DNA of 8,286 nt from assembly GCA_033442325.1 (NCBI GenBank), contig JAWQFM010000015.1, positions 1,209,160 through 1,217,445 of the forward strand. Direction: 5' to 3'. This DNA is from Salpingoeca rosetta. Its lineage: Eukaryota > Protista > Choanoflagellata. The notes beneath the pieces are model-generated. The model did no database searches, was not told the origin of the DNA, and saw only the letters and a list, made by a program, of their open reading frames with translations. Shown here piece after piece: positions 6,815 to 8,286 of the stretch; position 1 is the first letter of the stretch; every line of letters starts with the position of its first letter. Both the position numbers and the translations under genes were made by a program.

Positions 6815-8286
6815 ATGAACGCACGCTGCTGGCGTTCAGCGGTGATGCTTGTGGCGCTGTGCGCCTTGCTTGCAGGCACAGCCACGGTGCAAGCACAATC
6901 CGACAACACCACCGCAAGTTATGACGAGACCCAGAGCTACTGCAGCCAGTACGAGGGCAACCGCACGGCGTGCGACGCAGACGCGGCGTGCATTGCCTCT
7001 GAGCACTGCGCGACGTGGCTGAGCTACTGCCAGCACAGCAACCAGAGCTCGTGCGAGGCGGAGGACGGATGCGTGTGGGACGCGGCGGGCCACTGCTACA
7101 TCGGGTACCACCCGTGCTACGACATCCAGGACGAGGGCTCGTGCAACACGCAGAGCGAGTGCGAGTGGCACGTGCACTGCAACAACGCGACGGAGTACGG
7201 CGGCCACGGGCCCGACGACTTTGGGCACTCGTACTGCGAGCTTGAGGAGTGCCGTGACATTGTTGAGCAGTGCACGGGCGGGTGCAACGCGACGTTCCAG
7301 TGCATCATCGAGCTCGTGCAGCAGACGGACTGCGAGGACCCGGACGTGTGCATTGACATGTGCCGCAACACGACGACGCGGACTGCGCAGGAGGAGGCCG
7401 TGTTTGAGGAGCTGGTCACGTGCGAGAAGCGGTGCTACGCGACGCGGGACTGCCGGAAGCGGGACGTTGCGTCGTGCGAGTACGAGGCGGAGTGCAGCGT
7501 GAACCGGTACTGCTTCCCACAGGATGATTACACGCTGTGCCAGGGCAACAGCTCGGCGAGCTGCCTCGGCGAGAGCAACTGCGAGTGGAACTGGAACACC
7601 AGCACGTGCTACCTGAGCAGCCACGCGTGCTTCGGCTACGGCGACTCTGCGAGCTGCGACGGCGCTGCTGAGGGCTGCGTGTGGAAGGAGGAGTGCGACC
7701 TTTCGCCGTACTACCCGAACGTGAACGGCACGGACGACGGCAGCTACTACAACGGCACCGGGGATGGCAGCTACTACAACGGCACCGGGGACGGCACAGC
7801 ACCGTACTATGGGGAGTCGTCGTACTGCAGCCAGTACGAGGGCAACCGCACGGCGTGCGACGCAGACGCGGCGTGCATTGCCTCTGAGCACTGCGCGACG
7901 TGGCTGAGCTACTGCCAGCACAGCAACCAGAGCTCGTGCGAGGCGGAGGACGGATGCGTGTGGGACGCGGCGGGCCACTGCTACATCGGGTACCACCCGT
8001 GCTACGACATCCAGGACGAGGGCTCGTGCAACACGCAGAGCGAGTGCGAGTGGCACGTGCACTGCAACAACGCGACGGAGTACGGCGGCCACGGGCCCGA
8101 CGACTTTGGGCACTCGTACTGCGAGCTTGAGGAGTGCCGTGACATTGTTGAGCAGTGCACGGGCGGGTGCAACGCGACGTTCCAGTGCATCATCGAGCTC
8201 GTGCAGCAGACGGACTGCGAGGACCCGGACGTGTGCATTGACATGTGCACGCAACACGACAACGCGGACTGCGCAGGAGGAGGCCG
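6815..8286 (+). CDS. Secreted/surface Cys-rich tandem-repeat glycoprotein, 5' part (runs off the window; not in the ORF track)
   Basis: First in-frame ATG after TGA 6554-6556. MNARCWRSAVMLVALCALLAGTATVQA-QSDNTT is a typical signal peptide. The frame has no stop to the window end, strong G/C third positions, regularly spaced Cys and many NxS/T sequons. There is a +1 insertion at 8249 relative to the first repeat copy. Confidence 0.88.
   Translation, partial: MNARCWRSAVMLVALCALLAGTATVQAQSDNTTASYDETQSYCSQYEGNRTACDADAACIASEHCATWLSYCQHSNQSSCEAEDGCVWDAAGHCYIGYHPCYDIQDEGSCNTQSECEWHVHCNNATEYGGHGPDDFGHSYCELEECRDIVEQCTGGCNATFQCIIELVQQTDCEDPDVCIDMCRNTTTRTAQEEAVFEELVTCEKRCYATRDCRKRDVASCEYEAECSVNRYCFPQDDYTLCQGNSSASCLGESNCEWNWNTSTCYLSSHACFGYGDSASCDGAAEGCVWKEECDLSPYYPNVNGTDDGSYYNGTGDGSYYNGTGDGTAPYYGESSYCSQYEGNRTACDADAACIASEHCATWLSYCQHSNQSSCEAEDGCVWDAAGHCYIGYHPCYDIQDEGSCNTQSECEWHVHCNNATEYGGHGPDDFGHSYCELEECRDIVEQCTGGCNATFQCIIELVQQTDCEDPDVCIDMCTQHDNADCAGGG
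6938..8286 (+). repeat. 885-bp in-frame tandem repeat: copy 1 at 6938-7822, copy 2 from 7823 past the window end
   Basis: 6938-7363 and 7823-8248 are identical on base-by-base reading. Copy 2 then shows one inserted A (8249) and one G>A change (8261). 885/3 = 295 aa. Confidence 0.96.
7724..7796 (+). repeat. 27-bp minisatellite encoding GSYYNGTGD (two full copies plus partial flanks)
   Basis: ggcagctactacaacggcaccgggga(t/c) at 7739-7765 and 7766-7792, preceded by aacggcacggacgac. Confidence 0.93.

Noticed and set aside
7724-7796. 27-bp repeats as a CRISPR-like array
   Set aside because: Head-to-tail with no spacers and in frame within a eukaryotic CDS.
7015-8130. Two identical 76-aa + strand ORFs (7015-7245, 7900-8130)
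   Set aside because: Off-frame by-products of the 885-bp repeat.
6836-8257. 473-aa minus-strand ORF (Val/Ala/Arg-rich)
   Set aside because: Antisense shadow of the GC3-rich + strand gene. The + frame has the signal peptide and ordered Cys pattern.

Overview
This is eukaryotic, intron-containing, GC-rich genomic DNA with CA/GT microsatellites packed against splice sites. That style suggests a choanoflagellate such as Salpingoeca, but the taxon is an inference. Three genes lie on the + strand. (1) The last two exons of an eIF2B regulatory-subunit gene, most like eIF2B-beta (104-188 and 366-432). (2) A complete three-exon single-pass receptor kinase (~716-5404): signal peptide, polyQ/furin-site pro-region, ~14 'typical' 24-aa LRRs plus degenerate LRRs, half-EGF motif, GxxxG transmembrane helix, and a TKL-type kinase (HRDLKSGN, GTPMYMAPE) with two long inserts. 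(3) The 5' part of a secreted, very Cys-rich, sequon-rich protein starting at ATG 6815. It is absent from the ORF track because it has no stop in the window. It is built from an 885-bp (295-aa) tandem unit whose two visible copies are identical for 426 bp. Each unit holds six small C-C-CxW-C modules, a 10-Cys helical module and a Tyr-Tyr/NGT linker. The repeat protein and the LRR-TKL receptor are the most interesting objects. No prokaryotic features, CRISPR array or RNA genes were recognised.
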